Assembly (NCBI GenBank): GCA_049285535.1
Contig: JBAQAB010000311.1
Location: 1 to 54,427, forward strand
Origin: Xanthobacteraceae bacterium
GTDB taxonomy: Bacteria; Pseudomonadota; Alphaproteobacteria; Rhizobiales; Xanthobacteraceae
Length of the DNA: 54,427 bases
Reading direction: 5' to 3'
Part shown: positions 1 through 8,445 of the stretch, one piece after another
Position numbering within the stretch: position 1 is the stretch's first letter
How the letters are laid out: each line of letters starts with the position of its first letter
The notes under the pieces: model-generated
The model's database searches: none
What the model saw: only the letters and a program-made list of their open reading frames with translations
Told to the model about the DNA's origin: nothing
Translations under genes and position numbers: made by a program

Positions 1-222
1 AGTCCCGACTCTAATGTTGCGCTGCTCACGGCAGTCGCCGGTGAGAGCAATCAGACGTTGGCCTATGACTTCAATATTTTGGGTACCCCCCTTGGCGTCG
101 ATCCCAGCCCCACACCTCTTCCCGGAACCTTGCCACTCTTCGCCGCCGGCCTCGGCGCGATGGGTTTGTTTGGTTGGCGCGGGAGACGCTTGCGATTGAT
201 TATGTCGACTCTGGTCGCTTGA
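1..222 (+). CDS. 3' end (partial, continues upstream of window) of a secreted protein ending in a PEP-CTERM / VPLPA-CTERM-like sorting signal
   Basis: Frame 1 is open from nt 1 to TGA 220-222; absent from the ORF track because it has no start in the window. Translation ends ...DPSPTPLPGTLPLFAAGLGAMGLFGWRGRRLRLIMSTLVA. Pro-rich motif, Gly/Ala/Leu hydrophobic helix and Arg cluster fit the exosortase-type C-terminal anchor pattern. Confidence 0.55.
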   Translation, partial: SPDSNVALLTAVAGESNQTLAYDFNILGTPLGVDPSPTPLPGTLPLFAAGLGAMGLFGWRGRRLRLIMSTLVA

Positions 223-464
223 ACGCGCGCCACCTCGAGTTGCCACGCTGCCGCCAAGCGTACGATCTCATGCGGTTTGGCAGATAGCGGACTAAGCTCA
301 GTCGCGAGGGCTTCGATCTGTTCGGCGAACACGTTGTCACGATTAATCGGAACCTCCAGACCGTGTTTGAAGGCATTGCGCCGCGACCGCGCCTTCCCGG
401 CATCCGTTCGAGGACCGGTGTTGCGCAATGCATTCCGTCCCCGGGCGGCCGGGTGCCTTGACAT
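63..464 (-). CDS. hypothetical protein (N-terminal GPRTxAGKARSxxNAxKHGL motif)
   Basis: 133-aa ORF. The N-terminus RNTGPRTDAGKARSRRNAFKHGL resembles a recurrent hypothetical family in Rhizobiales (from memory). The last ~50 codons are the antisense shadow of the PEP-CTERM ORF, so the true 3' end is doubtful. Confidence 0.35.
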   Translation of the reverse strand: MSRHPAARGRNALRNTGPRTDAGKARSRRNAFKHGLEVPINRDNVFAEQIEALATELSPLSAKPHEIVRLAAAWQLEVARVQATRVDIINRKRLPRQPNKPIAPRPAAKSGKVPGRGVGLGSTPRGVPKILKS

Positions 465-599
465 TGAACGTGACCTTGGGCTGCCGTTTGCTCATTGTCT
501 CAAACGCGTCGAGCACATCGAGCATTTCCGAAAGCCGATCCGTCGCCAGCGGCCATTGCCGGACTGACTTTCAGCGTTTGGTGAAGTCGGCACTCTTTT

Positions 600-848
600 T
601 CATTGTTGCTTCTTCTTCGCCGCCGTGGGGCCGCTGGGGCGCAAATCGGCCCACGGATCGGCGGACTGTTGGGTCGCAGGAATGGACTTGAGGCCTGACC
701 TATAGGCCTCGTCAGCGGCTTTTTTCTCTCTTTCTTCTTTTGTCGGCGGCGTGCTGTTGTCGGGTAACGGCGCGATTTGCGCGTATACCGCCCCCGTTGT
801 CAGGACGATCAACGCCAACGCTTGGATGAATTTCCGCAGCACGGCCAT
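600..848 (-). CDS. small secreted protein (signal peptide, Lys/Glu-rich mature part)
   Basis: 82-aa ORF. MAVLRKFIQALALIVLTTGAVYA-QI looks like a Sec signal peptide with an AxA-like cleavage site. Confidence 0.5.
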   Translation of the reverse strand: MAVLRKFIQALALIVLTTGAVYAQIAPLPDNSTPPTKEEREKKAADEAYRSGLKSIPATQQSADPWADLRPSGPTAAKKKQQ

Positions 849-1050
849 GGCGCCGAATTATGCCCTGCCCGGCCAAGGCCGCAAGCCCTATTCCGCGCTG
901 CCTTATTCAAACCGACCCATTATCCAAGCGAGGGTCCTAGCGGGCTTCCGAAGCCCCCTGCCATCTTTTGAAATTTTGAGGTGACACATTTCAGAAATTG
1001 ACGACGCTTAAAACGACTTGGCATTTTGCCGAGATCGCAGCCGGGAGAGC

Positions 1051-1414
1051 ATGCATAAAACCTTGTTTCTCATCGTGGCGATGTGCCGCTTGGCAGTGCC
1101 GACGCTGGCGTCCGCGGCTGCGTGAGGCTCAGGAACTGTTTGATAATTTACAATGGGCAATCATGGACAACGGCCAGCGCTGCGCCAGCCATCAAGCCTT
1201 TGAGGACCTCATCAACGGCGCCTGCCATAAGGACCCCAACCAAATGAACCAAGGGTTCACTAACTGTCACCCTTACGACGGACAGTCCGGACTCGATAAT
1301 TGGAACAGGTGTATCCTGGCCGCTCGCGTGAGTGCAACGCTTGAGACGGCCTTCAAATGGCACGCATTGACACCAGCCGACTGCGGCCCGCCCCCCATCA
1401 ACCAAGCTCCATAA
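1051..1414 (+). pseudogene. secreted Cys-containing protein split by a 1-nt frame change between signal peptide and mature domain
   Basis: GGGAGA SD precedes ATG 1051. It encodes MHKTLFLIVAMCRLAVPTLASAAA (canonical signal peptide) and stops at TGA 1123-1125. The +1 frame continues open as EAQELFDNLQ...CASHQ...CHKD...NCHPY...RCIL...DCGPP to 1414 (ORF 998..1414). Confidence 0.45.
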
Positions 1415-1594
1415 GCGCCGCTGATATAGTCGAGGCGGGGCGGCAATTGGCGCTTAGCGATCGGAAAAAGGCGCGGCTCTGTTTGGCGGCTTTATTCGCA
1501 CGGGCGCTGTGTATACCGTCGCAGAACATTCACGGTTCGATGTCACCCTCACCCCGGGCGAAAGTTCCTTTCGTTCCCCAAACCGTCGGACCTT

Positions 1595-1629
1595 GAGCCT
1601 CAACCCCAACGTTGGGGCTCAGTTTTTCT
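1595..1629 (+). terminator. rho-independent terminator candidate
   Basis: GAGCCTCAAC / GTTGGGGCTC 10-bp stem (one G-U), 6-nt loop, then AGTTTTTCT. There is no U-run on the opposite strand. Confidence 0.5.
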
Positions 1630-1681
1630 GCGCGACGGCTCGCGTTTGCGCCGCAAATAATTTAGCGCTTGGCTGGAGTTC

Positions 1682-1852
1682 CTAGGGCGTTTGGGGTGCT
1701 TTGGAGTCGCGCTTCTTGGCCGCCTTTCGGGCCTTGCGCTCCCGGTCAATGTTTATGGCCCGTTCGATGAGCCTCTTCCGGACCAATTTCTTGGCCGAAG
1801 GGTCCAGGACCGGGTTATCCAACAGTTTCGGTGTGGCGATTTTTTTTGCCAT
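1682..1852 (-). CDS. small basic protein (56 aa)
   Basis: Internal Met of ORF 1682..1954: MAKKIATPKLLDNPVLDPSAKKLVRKRLIERAINIDRERKARKAAKKRDSKAPQTP. The start choice is an inference. Confidence 0.35.
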   Translation of the reverse strand: MAKKIATPKLLDNPVLDPSAKKLVRKRLIERAINIDRERKARKAAKKRDSKAPQTP

Positions 1853-1984
1853 TGGCCAGACTAGGAGCCGCCCAGCGTGGCCCGCAAGCCCTAATCGGCT
1901 TCGTCCCTCATCAAAACTGATCCCAAACACAGAGTGAGCAATATAGATCGCCAATGTGGTGGCCTGGCTTACGATCCCTGTCCG

Positions 1985-2044
1985 CTTACTTCGCGTAGCC
2001 TTACTTCGCGTAGCCTTATTTTGCGTAGCCTTACTTCGCGTAGC
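1985..2044. repeat. 15-bp tandem repeat x4 (CTTACTTCGCGTAGC; third unit CTTATTTTGCGTAGC)
   Basis: Read directly from the sequence. On the minus strand each unit reads GGC TAC GCG AAG TAA (G-Y-A-K-stop), in frame with ORF 2031..2225. Confidence 0.9.
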
Positions 2045-2225
2045 CCTGGGATCGCAGCCAATCGATGCGGCGGGTGCCTTGCAGCCACTCGTCGACCTCG
2101 GCTTTGGTCTTGAACCCTTTGATGTAGCGGATTTCGACGCCGGGACAGTGGGCCTCGATTTGCCAATCGTCCTGCGTGATGCGCTTGAGTTTGAACTCGA
2201 CCCGGACTCGCGGAGCTTTGCCCAT
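2031..2225 (-). CDS. hypothetical 64-aa protein
   Basis: ORF MGKAPRVRVEFKLKRITQDDWQIEAHCPGVEIRYIKGFKTKAEVDEWLQGTRRIDWLRSQGYAK. Its stop codon lies in the fourth repeat unit. Confidence 0.5.
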   Translation of the reverse strand: MGKAPRVRVEFKLKRITQDDWQIEAHCPGVEIRYIKGFKTKAEVDEWLQGTRRIDWLRSQGYAK

Positions 2226-2454
2226 GACGCCGAGTAAGCGGCTTCCGCCCGGCTGGCAAGATGCTGAAGCGTCTTATTCGCAGTAATCCCCTACCCCGGC
2301 ACCATCGTTGGCGCGGCAGAGTGTATAGTATGATGATCGCACCGGCTGGGATGGGGCGACGATTCGGAACCGGACCGGCTAAGTGTGTTGTTGTCGCTAC
2401 GCTGTAGCAGTCCTGCTCTATTCGCCAATCGCTTCAATCGTGGAGGAGGGTTTT

Positions 2455-2682
2455 ATGCGAAAACTAACGATGACCTTGACGGCAGCGGCTCTCATGCTGG
2501 GAACGATGGCCATTGCGGCCAATGCGCAAACCCAAGCACCGGGCGCGGCCGGTCTAAACCATCAAGCCCAGAACGCTACGCTGTTCAAACAAGCGGCGTG
2601 CCGCGGCTTCGGGCGATGGTGCCCGCCGGGATTCGTGCGGCGCTGCGGGCCGTATCGGTGCTGGTGCGCCCCCTGCTGGTGA
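2455..2682 (+). CDS. small secreted Cys/Trp/Arg-rich peptide (75 aa precursor)
   Basis: GGAGGAGGG SD lies 4-5 nt before ATG 2455. Signal peptide MRKLTMTLTAAALMLGTMAIAANA-Q. C-terminus CRGFGRWCPPGFVRRCGPYRCWCAPCW has 6 Cys. A strong terminator follows. Confidence 0.6.
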   Translation: MRKLTMTLTAAALMLGTMAIAANAQTQAPGAAGLNHQAQNATLFKQAACRGFGRWCPPGFVRRCGPYRCWCAPCW

Positions 2683-2711
2683 GCTGCCGTTATCCAACAC
2701 GACGACCGAGC

Positions 2712-2741
2712 GGGGCCGCCTTTGGGCGGCCTCTTTTTTTT
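2712..2741 (+). terminator. rho-independent terminator
   Basis: GGGGCCGCC-TTTG-GGCGGCCTC stem followed by eight T residues. Confidence 0.75.
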
Positions 2742-2833
2742 GACGGCATGCGTTATCGGGCGACGGAATTGCGAACTAACGCGGCGCGCGCGGTGTTTAT
2801 CCGAAGGGGTCACGGCCACGCCAGGAGGCGGTC

Positions 2834-3085
2834 ATGAGGCCTTCGTTCATTCTGCTGACAATTTTAGCCGGCTCGGCTGCGCTCGGCATACCGGCCGCGG
2901 CGCAGAATTATCCGTGGTGCGCGCAATATAGCGGCGACATGGGCGGCGCCATGAATTGCGGCTTTTCCACTTACGCGCAATGCATGGCGGATGTCAGCGG
3001 CGTCGGCGGGTTCTGCATCGTCAACAACCGCTATGTGCCGCCGGCGTCGGCACGGCCGGCGCGCGGGTATCATGCCGCGGAATAA
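2834..3085 (+). CDS. DUF3551-like secreted Cys-rich protein, paralog 1
   Basis: AGGAGG SD. Signal peptide then AQNYPWC...NCGFSTYAQC...GGFC: four conserved Cys with the CGF and QC motifs I associate with DUF3551. Confidence 0.75.
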   Translation: MRPSFILLTILAGSAALGIPAAAQNYPWCAQYSGDMGGAMNCGFSTYAQCMADVSGVGGFCIVNNRYVPPASARPARGYHAAE

Positions 3086-3119
3086 TCCCGGCCGGATTGC
3101 TTCTGGCGGATATTCGAGG

Positions 3120-3380
3120 TTGCGCGTGCTGTCGATGCTGGCGATCGCTGTCGCCGCCGCGACAATTGCCGGCGCGGCGCGGGCGCAGAATTATCCGTGG
3201 TGCTCGAATTTCGCCGACGGCGCCGGCACCAATTGCGGCTTCTCGACCGAGGCGCAATGCCGGATCACGGTGCAAGGCAGCGGCGGCTATTGCGATCACA
3301 ACAACCTGTACCGGCCGGCGGCCGCCGCGGCGCCGGCGCGTCACGAAGGACACAAGCCTCGTTCCAGCAAGCATTCCTGA
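3120..3380 (+). CDS. DUF3551-like secreted Cys-rich protein, paralog 2
   Basis: AQNYPWCSNF...NCGFSTEAQC...GGYC. The start is ambiguous: ATG 3072, TTG 3120, GTG 3126 or ATG 3135. TTG 3120 gives M-R-V-L... and a signal peptide about the length of the paralogs'. Confidence 0.65.
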   Translation: MRVLSMLAIAVAAATIAGAARAQNYPWCSNFADGAGTNCGFSTEAQCRITVQGSGGYCDHNNLYRPAAAAAPARHEGHKPRSSKHS

Positions 3381-3457
3381 CGGTGGCGCTCATGCCGCAG
3401 CGGCGGCATGAACGCAAATCAGCCACCGACGTTATCGAGACGAAAAGGAGAACCGTC

Positions 3458-3697
3458 ATGAAGGCCGGACTATTGCTATTCGCTGTTCTGATCGCCACGA
3501 CCGCGATCGGCACCGCCGCGCAGGCACAGAACTATCCGTGGTGCGCCTATTACGGCAACGGCAACGAAGGCACCAACTGCGGCTTCGTGAGCTTTGCGCA
3601 GTGCCAGGCCGACGTCAGCGGCATCGGCGGCTTTTGCCAGCCGAACAACACCTACCATCCACCGACCGGGCCGCATAAGCACCGCATCCGGCCTTAA
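3458..3697 (+). CDS. DUF3551-like secreted Cys-rich protein, paralog 3
   Basis: AAGGAG SD. MKAGLLLFAVLIATTAIGTAAQA-QNYPWCAYY...NCGFVSFAQC...GGFC. Confidence 0.8.
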   Translation: MKAGLLLFAVLIATTAIGTAAQAQNYPWCAYYGNGNEGTNCGFVSFAQCQADVSGIGGFCQPNNTYHPPTGPHKHRIRP

Positions 3698-3724
3698 AAC
3701 GCCGGGCGTCAGGTCAGCTCGACG

Positions 3725-4459
3725 TCAGGTCAGTTCGACAACCTGGCCGTCGCGGATGGTGACGCGGCGATCCATCTGCGCGGCGATATCCATATTGTGG
3801 GTGGCGATGATCGTGGCGAGACCGGAGGCGCGCACCAGCTGATTGAGGGTACCGAAGACATGGTCGGCGGTGTGAACGTCGAGATTGCCGGTCGGCTCGT
3901 CGGCTAACAGAATGCGCGGCGCATTGGCGACGGCGCGGGCAATGGCGACGCGTTGCTGCTCGCCGCCGGAGAGCTCCGCCGGCCGGTGGGTGAGCCTGTC
4001 CTTGAGCCCCAGATAGCTCAACAGCTCGCTGCCCCGCGCGGCCGCCTCGCGGCGCGACAGCCCGCGAATCATCTGCGGCAGCACGACATTCTCCAGCGCG
4101 GAGAATTCCGGCAGCAGGTGATGGAACTGATAGACGAAGCCGATCTCGGTGCGGCGGATCCGGGTGCGCGCGATGTCGGAGAGGTGGGTGGTCGCGGCGG
4201 CGTCGATATAGACCTCGCCGGCGTCGGGATGTTCGAGCAGCCCCGCGATCTGCAGCAGCGTCGATTTACCGGCGCCGGAGGGCCCGACCAGCGCCACCGA
4301 TTGGCCGGCCCACACCGCGAGCTCGGCACCGCGCAGCACGTCGAGCGTCGAATCGCCCTGACGGAATTGCCGGCAGATGCCGTGCAGGAAAACGAGCGGC
4401 TGCTCGCCATTGTCGGGTATCGACGTGGCTGCCCCGGCTATCGTGGTGGTGTCATCCAT
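3725..4459 (-). CDS. lolD: lipoprotein-releasing ABC transporter ATP-binding protein LolD
   Basis: Walker [10 protein letters not shown], signature [14 protein letters not shown], Walker [13 protein letters not shown]. Adjacent to a LolC/E-type permease. Confidence 0.85.
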   Translation of the reverse strand: MDDTTTIAGAATSIPDNGEQPLVFLHGICRQFRQGDSTLDVLRGAELAVWAGQSVALVGPSGAGKSTLLQIAGLLEHPDAGEVYIDAAATTHLSDIARTRIRRTEIGFVYQFHHLLPEFSALENVVLPQMIRGLSRREAAARGSELLSYLGLKDRLTHRPAELSGGEQQRVAIARAVANAPRILLADEPTGNLDVHTADHVFGTLNQLVRASGLATIIATHNMDIAAQMDRRVTIRDGQVVELT

Positions 4460-4468
4460 TGCGCCCGA

Positions 4469-5737
4469 TCATTCATAGCGCAGCGCTTCGACCGGATCGA
4501 GCCGGGCCGCGCGCCATGACGGATAGAGCGTCGCCAATAGCGACAGGCCGAGCGCCATGACCACGACCGCGGTGGTTTCCTTGACGTTCATATGCGCCGG
4601 GAGCTGGGAGAGGAAATAGAGCTCCGGCGAGAACAATTCGGTGTTGGTCAGCCACGACAGGAAGCGGCGGATATCCTCGATATAGGCGCAGACGATCACG
4701 CCGATGACGAAGCCGACGCCGGTCCCGACCACGCCGATCGCGGCGCCGGTGATGAGGAACACCCGCATGATCGCGCCTTGCGTGGCGCCCATGGTGCGCA
4801 AAATGGCGATGTCGCTGCCCTTATCCTTCACCAGCATGATCAGGCCGGAGACGATGTTGAGCGCCGCCACCAGCACGATCAAAGTGAGAATCAGGAACAT
4901 CACATTGCGCTCGACCTGGAGCGCATTGAAGAAAGTGGCGTTGCGCTGGCGCCAATCGACCATATAGATCGGCCGCCCGGCGGCGTTGGTGACGGCTTTG
5001 CGGAAGCTGTCGATCCGATCCGGATCGTCGGTATAGACCTCGATCGCGGTGACGTCGCCGGCGCGGTTGAAGTAGGCCTGCGCCTCGGTCAGCGGCATGA
5101 AGACGAAGGCGGAATCGTATTCGGACATGCCGATCTCGAAGACGGCGGCGATCTTGTACGCCTTGATGCGCGGCGTGGTGCCCATCGGCGTTACGGCGCC
5201 GCGCGGCGCCACCAGGGTCAGATTGTCCCCGGCCCGGACCGAAAGCTGCTCGGCGAGCCGCGCTCCAATGGCGATGCCCTGCCCGTCGTCGAAGCCGGCG
5301 AGCGTGCCCTGCTTGATGTTCTTCGACACCTGCGTGAGCTTTGCGAGATCGGCGCCGCGCATGCCGCGGACGACGACGCCGGAGGCATTGAACGGCGACG
5401 AGGCCAGGGCCTGGCCCTCGACCAGCGGCGCGGCGAGATAGATGCCCGGAACCTTCGACACGCGGTCGGCGACGGCCGCGTAATCGGTCAGCGGCGATTC
5501 CAGCGGCTGGATCAGGAGATGGCCGTTGAGCCCCAATATTTTGGTCAGGAGCTCTTGGCGGAACCCATTCATCACCGCCATGACGATAATCAAGGTAGCG
5601 ACGCCGAGCATGATGCCGAGGAACGAGAACCCGGCAATGACCGAGATAAAGCCCTCTTTGCGCCGCGCCCTCAGATAGCGCAGCGATAACATCCACTCGT
5701 AGGCCGAAAACGGATGGGTGCCGGTTGGATCGGCCAT
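4469..5737 (-). CDS. lipoprotein-releasing ABC transporter permease (LolC/LolE family)
   Basis: 422 aa. MacB/FtsX-type topology: N-terminal TM, large periplasmic domain, three C-terminal TMs. Sits upstream of lolD. Confidence 0.85.
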   Translation of the reverse strand: MADPTGTHPFSAYEWMLSLRYLRARRKEGFISVIAGFSFLGIMLGVATLIIVMAVMNGFRQELLTKILGLNGHLLIQPLESPLTDYAAVADRVSKVPGIYLAAPLVEGQALASSPFNASGVVVRGMRGADLAKLTQVSKNIKQGTLAGFDDGQGIAIGARLAEQLSVRAGDNLTLVAPRGAVTPMGTTPRIKAYKIAAVFEIGMSEYDSAFVFMPLTEAQAYFNRAGDVTAIEVYTDDPDRIDSFRKAVTNAAGRPIYMVDWRQRNATFFNALQVERNVMFLILTLIVLVAALNIVSGLIMLVKDKGSDIAILRTMGATQGAIMRVFLITGAAIGVVGTGVGFVIGVIVCAYIEDIRRFLSWLTNTELFSPELYFLSQLPAHMNVKETTAVVVMALGLSLLATLYPSWRAARLDPVEALRYE

Positions 5738-5830
5738 TTATGTCTGGTCCCCGTGAGTATCCCGAGTTTCACACGATTCTGGCGGTTTCAAGCCGCATGA
5801 ATTCGCGTCAAACCGTCGCCGCGCACAGCT

Positions 5831-7153
5831 TCATGCGCTCACGCGAACGACGGCGTCAGCCGCCGTCATGAGTTCCCGCTGCCCATCGGCGCGCCACTTC
5901 ACCTCGACTTTGCCCTCGGCGAGGCTGCGCGGTCCGACCAGGATCTGCCAGGGAACGCCGATCAGATCGGCGGTAGCGAATTTCGCGCCGGGCCGCTCGT
6001 CGAGGTCGTGATAGAGGGTATCGACACCCTTGCCGGTGAGCGCGGCATAAAGCTCCTCGCAGGCTTTGTCGGTGTCGGCCCCGCCCTGTTTCAGGTTGAG
6101 GATCATGACCTTGAAGGGGGCGACCGGTTCCGGCCAGACGATGCCGGCCTCGTCATGAGAGGCCTCGATGATGGCCGCCACCAGCCGGCTCGGCCCAATG
6201 CCGTAGGACCCCATATGCACCGGCCGCTCGAGGCCGTCGTGGCCCGTCACGACGGCCTTCATCGGCTCGGAATATTTGGTGCCGAAATAGAAAATGTGGC
6301 CGACTTCGATGCCGCGCGCCGAAACCCGCTTGTCGGACGGCAGCGCCTCGAAGGCCGCCGCCTCGTGTTTCTCAGAGGTGGCCGCGTAGAGCGAGGTCCA
6401 CTTATCCACAATAGACTGCAGGCGGCCGACATGGGTGAAGTCCACGTCGGCTCCGGGAACCTCGAAATCGAGATAATCGCGGTGGCAATACACTTCGCTC
6501 TCACCGGTCTCGGCGAGGATGATGAATTCGTGGGACAGATTGCCGCCGATCGGTCCGCTTTCCGCCACCATCGGGATCGAGCGCAGCCCCAGCCGCGCAA
6601 AGGTGCGCAAATAGGCGACGAACATCCGGTTATAAGCGTGCTTGGCGCCTTCGAAATCGAGGTCGAACGAATAGGCGTCCTTCATGAGGAACTCGCGCCC
6701 GCGCATCAGCCCGAAACGCGGCCGGACCTCGTCCCGGAACTTCCATTGGATGTGGTAAAGGTTGAGCGGCAGGTCCTTGTAGGAACGCACATAAGCGCGG
6801 AAGATCTCGGTGATCATTTCCTCGTTGGTCGGACCGTAGAGCATGTCCCGTTCGTGACGGTCCTTGATGCGTAGCATCTCCTTGCCATAGGCCTCGTAAC
6901 GCCCGCTTTCGCGCCACAGATCGGCGGACTGGATCGTCGGCATCAGAAGCTCGATGGCGCCGGAGCGGTCCTGCTCTTCGCGCACGATGGCGCAGACCTT
7001 CTGCAGCACGCGAAAACCGAGAGGCAAAAAAGCATATATCCCGGCTGCCTCCTGCCGGATCATGCCGGCGCGCAACATCAGCCGGTGCGAGACGATCTCC
7101 GCCTCTTTCGGAGTCTCACGCAAAATCGGCATGAAGTAGCGGGAAAGGCGCAT
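5831..7153 (-). CDS. proS: proline--tRNA ligase (short alphaproteobacterial type)
   Basis: [34 protein letters not shown]... is a typical ProRS N-terminus. The start is taken at the MRLSRYF Met (ATG 7153), not the ORF's first start at 7168. Confidence 0.9.
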   Translation of the reverse strand: MRLSRYFMPILRETPKEAEIVSHRLMLRAGMIRQEAAGIYAFLPLGFRVLQKVCAIVREEQDRSGAIELLMPTIQSADLWRESGRYEAYGKEMLRIKDRHERDMLYGPTNEEMITEIFRAYVRSYKDLPLNLYHIQWKFRDEVRPRFGLMRGREFLMKDAYSFDLDFEGAKHAYNRMFVAYLRTFARLGLRSIPMVAESGPIGGNLSHEFIILAETGESEVYCHRDYLDFEVPGADVDFTHVGRLQSIVDKWTSLYAATSEKHEAAAFEALPSDKRVSARGIEVGHIFYFGTKYSEPMKAVVTGHDGLERPVHMGSYGIGPSRLVAAIIEASHDEAGIVWPEPVAPFKVMILNLKQGGADTDKACEELYAALTGKGVDTLYHDLDERPGAKFATADLIGVPWQILVGPRSLAEGKVEVKWRADGQRELMTAADAVVRVSA

Positions 7154-7462
7154 GAAATCTCTTGTCAATGGAACCGGATGCCGGCGCAGTGAAGCCGCAA
7201 CGCCAGCCGAAATACAAGGGGCCGCTCGGGCGGCGCGAAGGGCCGCGCAAATTATTTTGCGGCGCGCGGTGGTAACATGATGACAACGGCAGCAAGATCG
7301 ATTACCAATAAAGCGCGACCCGGTGACGCGGTCTTAACGCGGCATTTGGGGCTAGCGGTCCAAGTCTCGGGAGGATGACCCGCGAGCGTAAAGCATCGCC
7401 AGCCACGCGCGTAATGCGTACCAAAGAACTAAGCGTGGGACATGGGTTAGACGAGGATTTCG

Positions 7463-7490
7463 GCAGGGCGTTCGCCCTGCTTTTTCTTTT
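7463..7490 (+). terminator. orphan rho-independent terminator (no plus-strand CDS upstream)
   Basis: GCAGGGC-GTTC-GCCCTGC stem then TTTTTCTTTT. The opposite strand lacks a U-run. Confidence 0.6.
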
Positions 7491-7554
7491 CCGGTAACGA
7501 CCGCACCAGGTTGCAAATCAGGTTAGCGCATCAGTGCAAGATATTGAATATTCA

Positions 7555-7827
7555 TCAATACTTGGCGTAATCAAAACGGCCCATCAAATCGCTCAGCGTC
7601 ACCAGATGCTGGCTATAGACCAGGTAGCATCCAGCGTAGATCACGACCGCCACGGCCGTGGTCCACAGCAATTTCTGCCCCAGCCGGAAATTGGTCGGCG
7701 CGCCCGGATCGGTTCCCGGAGCCATCTCGCCGCCTTCATGCTGGCTGCGCACGCCCCATGGCAGGACCGCGAACAGGCTCACCCACCAGATCAGGAAAAA
7801 CGCCGCCAGCGCCGTGGTGAAAGTCAT
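7555..7827 (-). CDS. DUF1467 family membrane protein
   Basis: MTFTTALAAFFLIWWVSLFAVLPWGVRSQ..., 90 aa. The start abuts the mce stop. The longer ORF to 7959 overlaps mce and is rejected. Confidence 0.75.
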   Translation of the reverse strand: MTFTTALAAFFLIWWVSLFAVLPWGVRSQHEGGEMAPGTDPGAPTNFRLGQKLLWTTAVAVVIYAGCYLVYSQHLVTLSDLMGRFDYAKY

Positions 7828-7828
7828 C

Positions 7829-8233
7829 TCAAGCCTGTTCCAGTTCGACCAAAGTGCCGGAAAAATCTTTCGGGTGCAGGAACAGCACCGGCTTGCCGTG
7901 GGCGCCGGTCTTCGGCTCGCCGTCGCCCAGAACCCGCGCGCCGGCCGATTTGAGCGCATCGCGGGCGGCGCGGATATCGTCCACCTCGTAGCAGATATGG
8001 TGCATGCCGCCGTCCGGATTGCGCTCGAGAAATTTGGCGATGGGCGAGGCTTCGCCGAGCGGTTCGAGCAGCTCGATCTTGGTGTTCGGCAGTGTGATGA
8101 ACACTGTGGTCACACCATGGTCAGGCTGCGGTACCGCGGCTGAGACATTTGCGCCCAGGATATCGCGATAGACCGCGGATGCCTTGCCGAGGTCGCGAAC
8201 CGCAATCGCCACGTGATTGAGCTTGCCGATCAT
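7829..8233 (-). CDS. mce: methylmalonyl-CoA epimerase (VOC/glyoxalase fold)
   Basis: MIGKLNHVAIAVRDL...GMHHICYEVDDI...LHPKDFSGTLVELEQA. AAGGAG SD lies 8 nt before ATG 8233. Confidence 0.85.
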   Translation of the reverse strand: MIGKLNHVAIAVRDLGKASAVYRDILGANVSAAVPQPDHGVTTVFITLPNTKIELLEPLGEASPIAKFLERNPDGGMHHICYEVDDIRAARDALKSAGARVLGDGEPKTGAHGKPVLFLHPKDFSGTLVELEQA

Positions 8234-8445
8234 ATCCAAATCTCCTTCCGACCCGGCAAATGCATCTTACACCTGCTGCGCGCTGAGGCGTGCAGTCTTA
8301 AACGACGGGTCCGTCACTGCATCTTGGGGATGGCACCAACAGGCGAGCGATAACAGTGGCGCAGCGCAGTGCTCGAGGTTAACGTTGGCGCAGTGGATTT
8401 ATTTCGAGATCAATTCACCCGGCGAACACTTCACAGGAGACGGCC

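Noticed and set aside
1117-1126. Programmed +1 frameshift (prfB-like) at GCG TGA G
   Set aside because: There is no slippery P-site codon (GCG cannot re-pair in +1) and no internal SD at the right spacing. A mutation or sequencing error is more parsimonious.
1357-1596. 79-aa plus-strand ORF ending exactly at the 1595 terminator stem
   Set aside because: Its 5' third overlaps the 998-1414 frame, it has no SD, and the translation is unremarkable. The terminator more likely serves the upstream gene or a noncoding transcript.
1985-2044. CRISPR-like array
   Set aside because: The units are 15 bp and directly abutting with no spacers, so it is a simple tandem repeat.
2956-3411. Overlapping alternative-frame ORFs across the DUF3551 paralog region (2956-3411, 3021-3374, 3265-3513 and others)
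   Set aside because: The three signal-peptide plus AQNYPWC...CGF...QC frames explain the region. The alternatives are Arg-rich off-frame products.
7260-7490. Identification of the spacer RNA candidate as tmRNA, SRP RNA or 6S RNA, or as a small CDS (33-aa and 41-aa ORFs)
   Set aside because: There is no T-loop (GGTTCGA), no tag-peptide frame, no SRP domain IV-like motif and no 6S-like features. The small ORFs have either no SD or an SD abutting the ATG.
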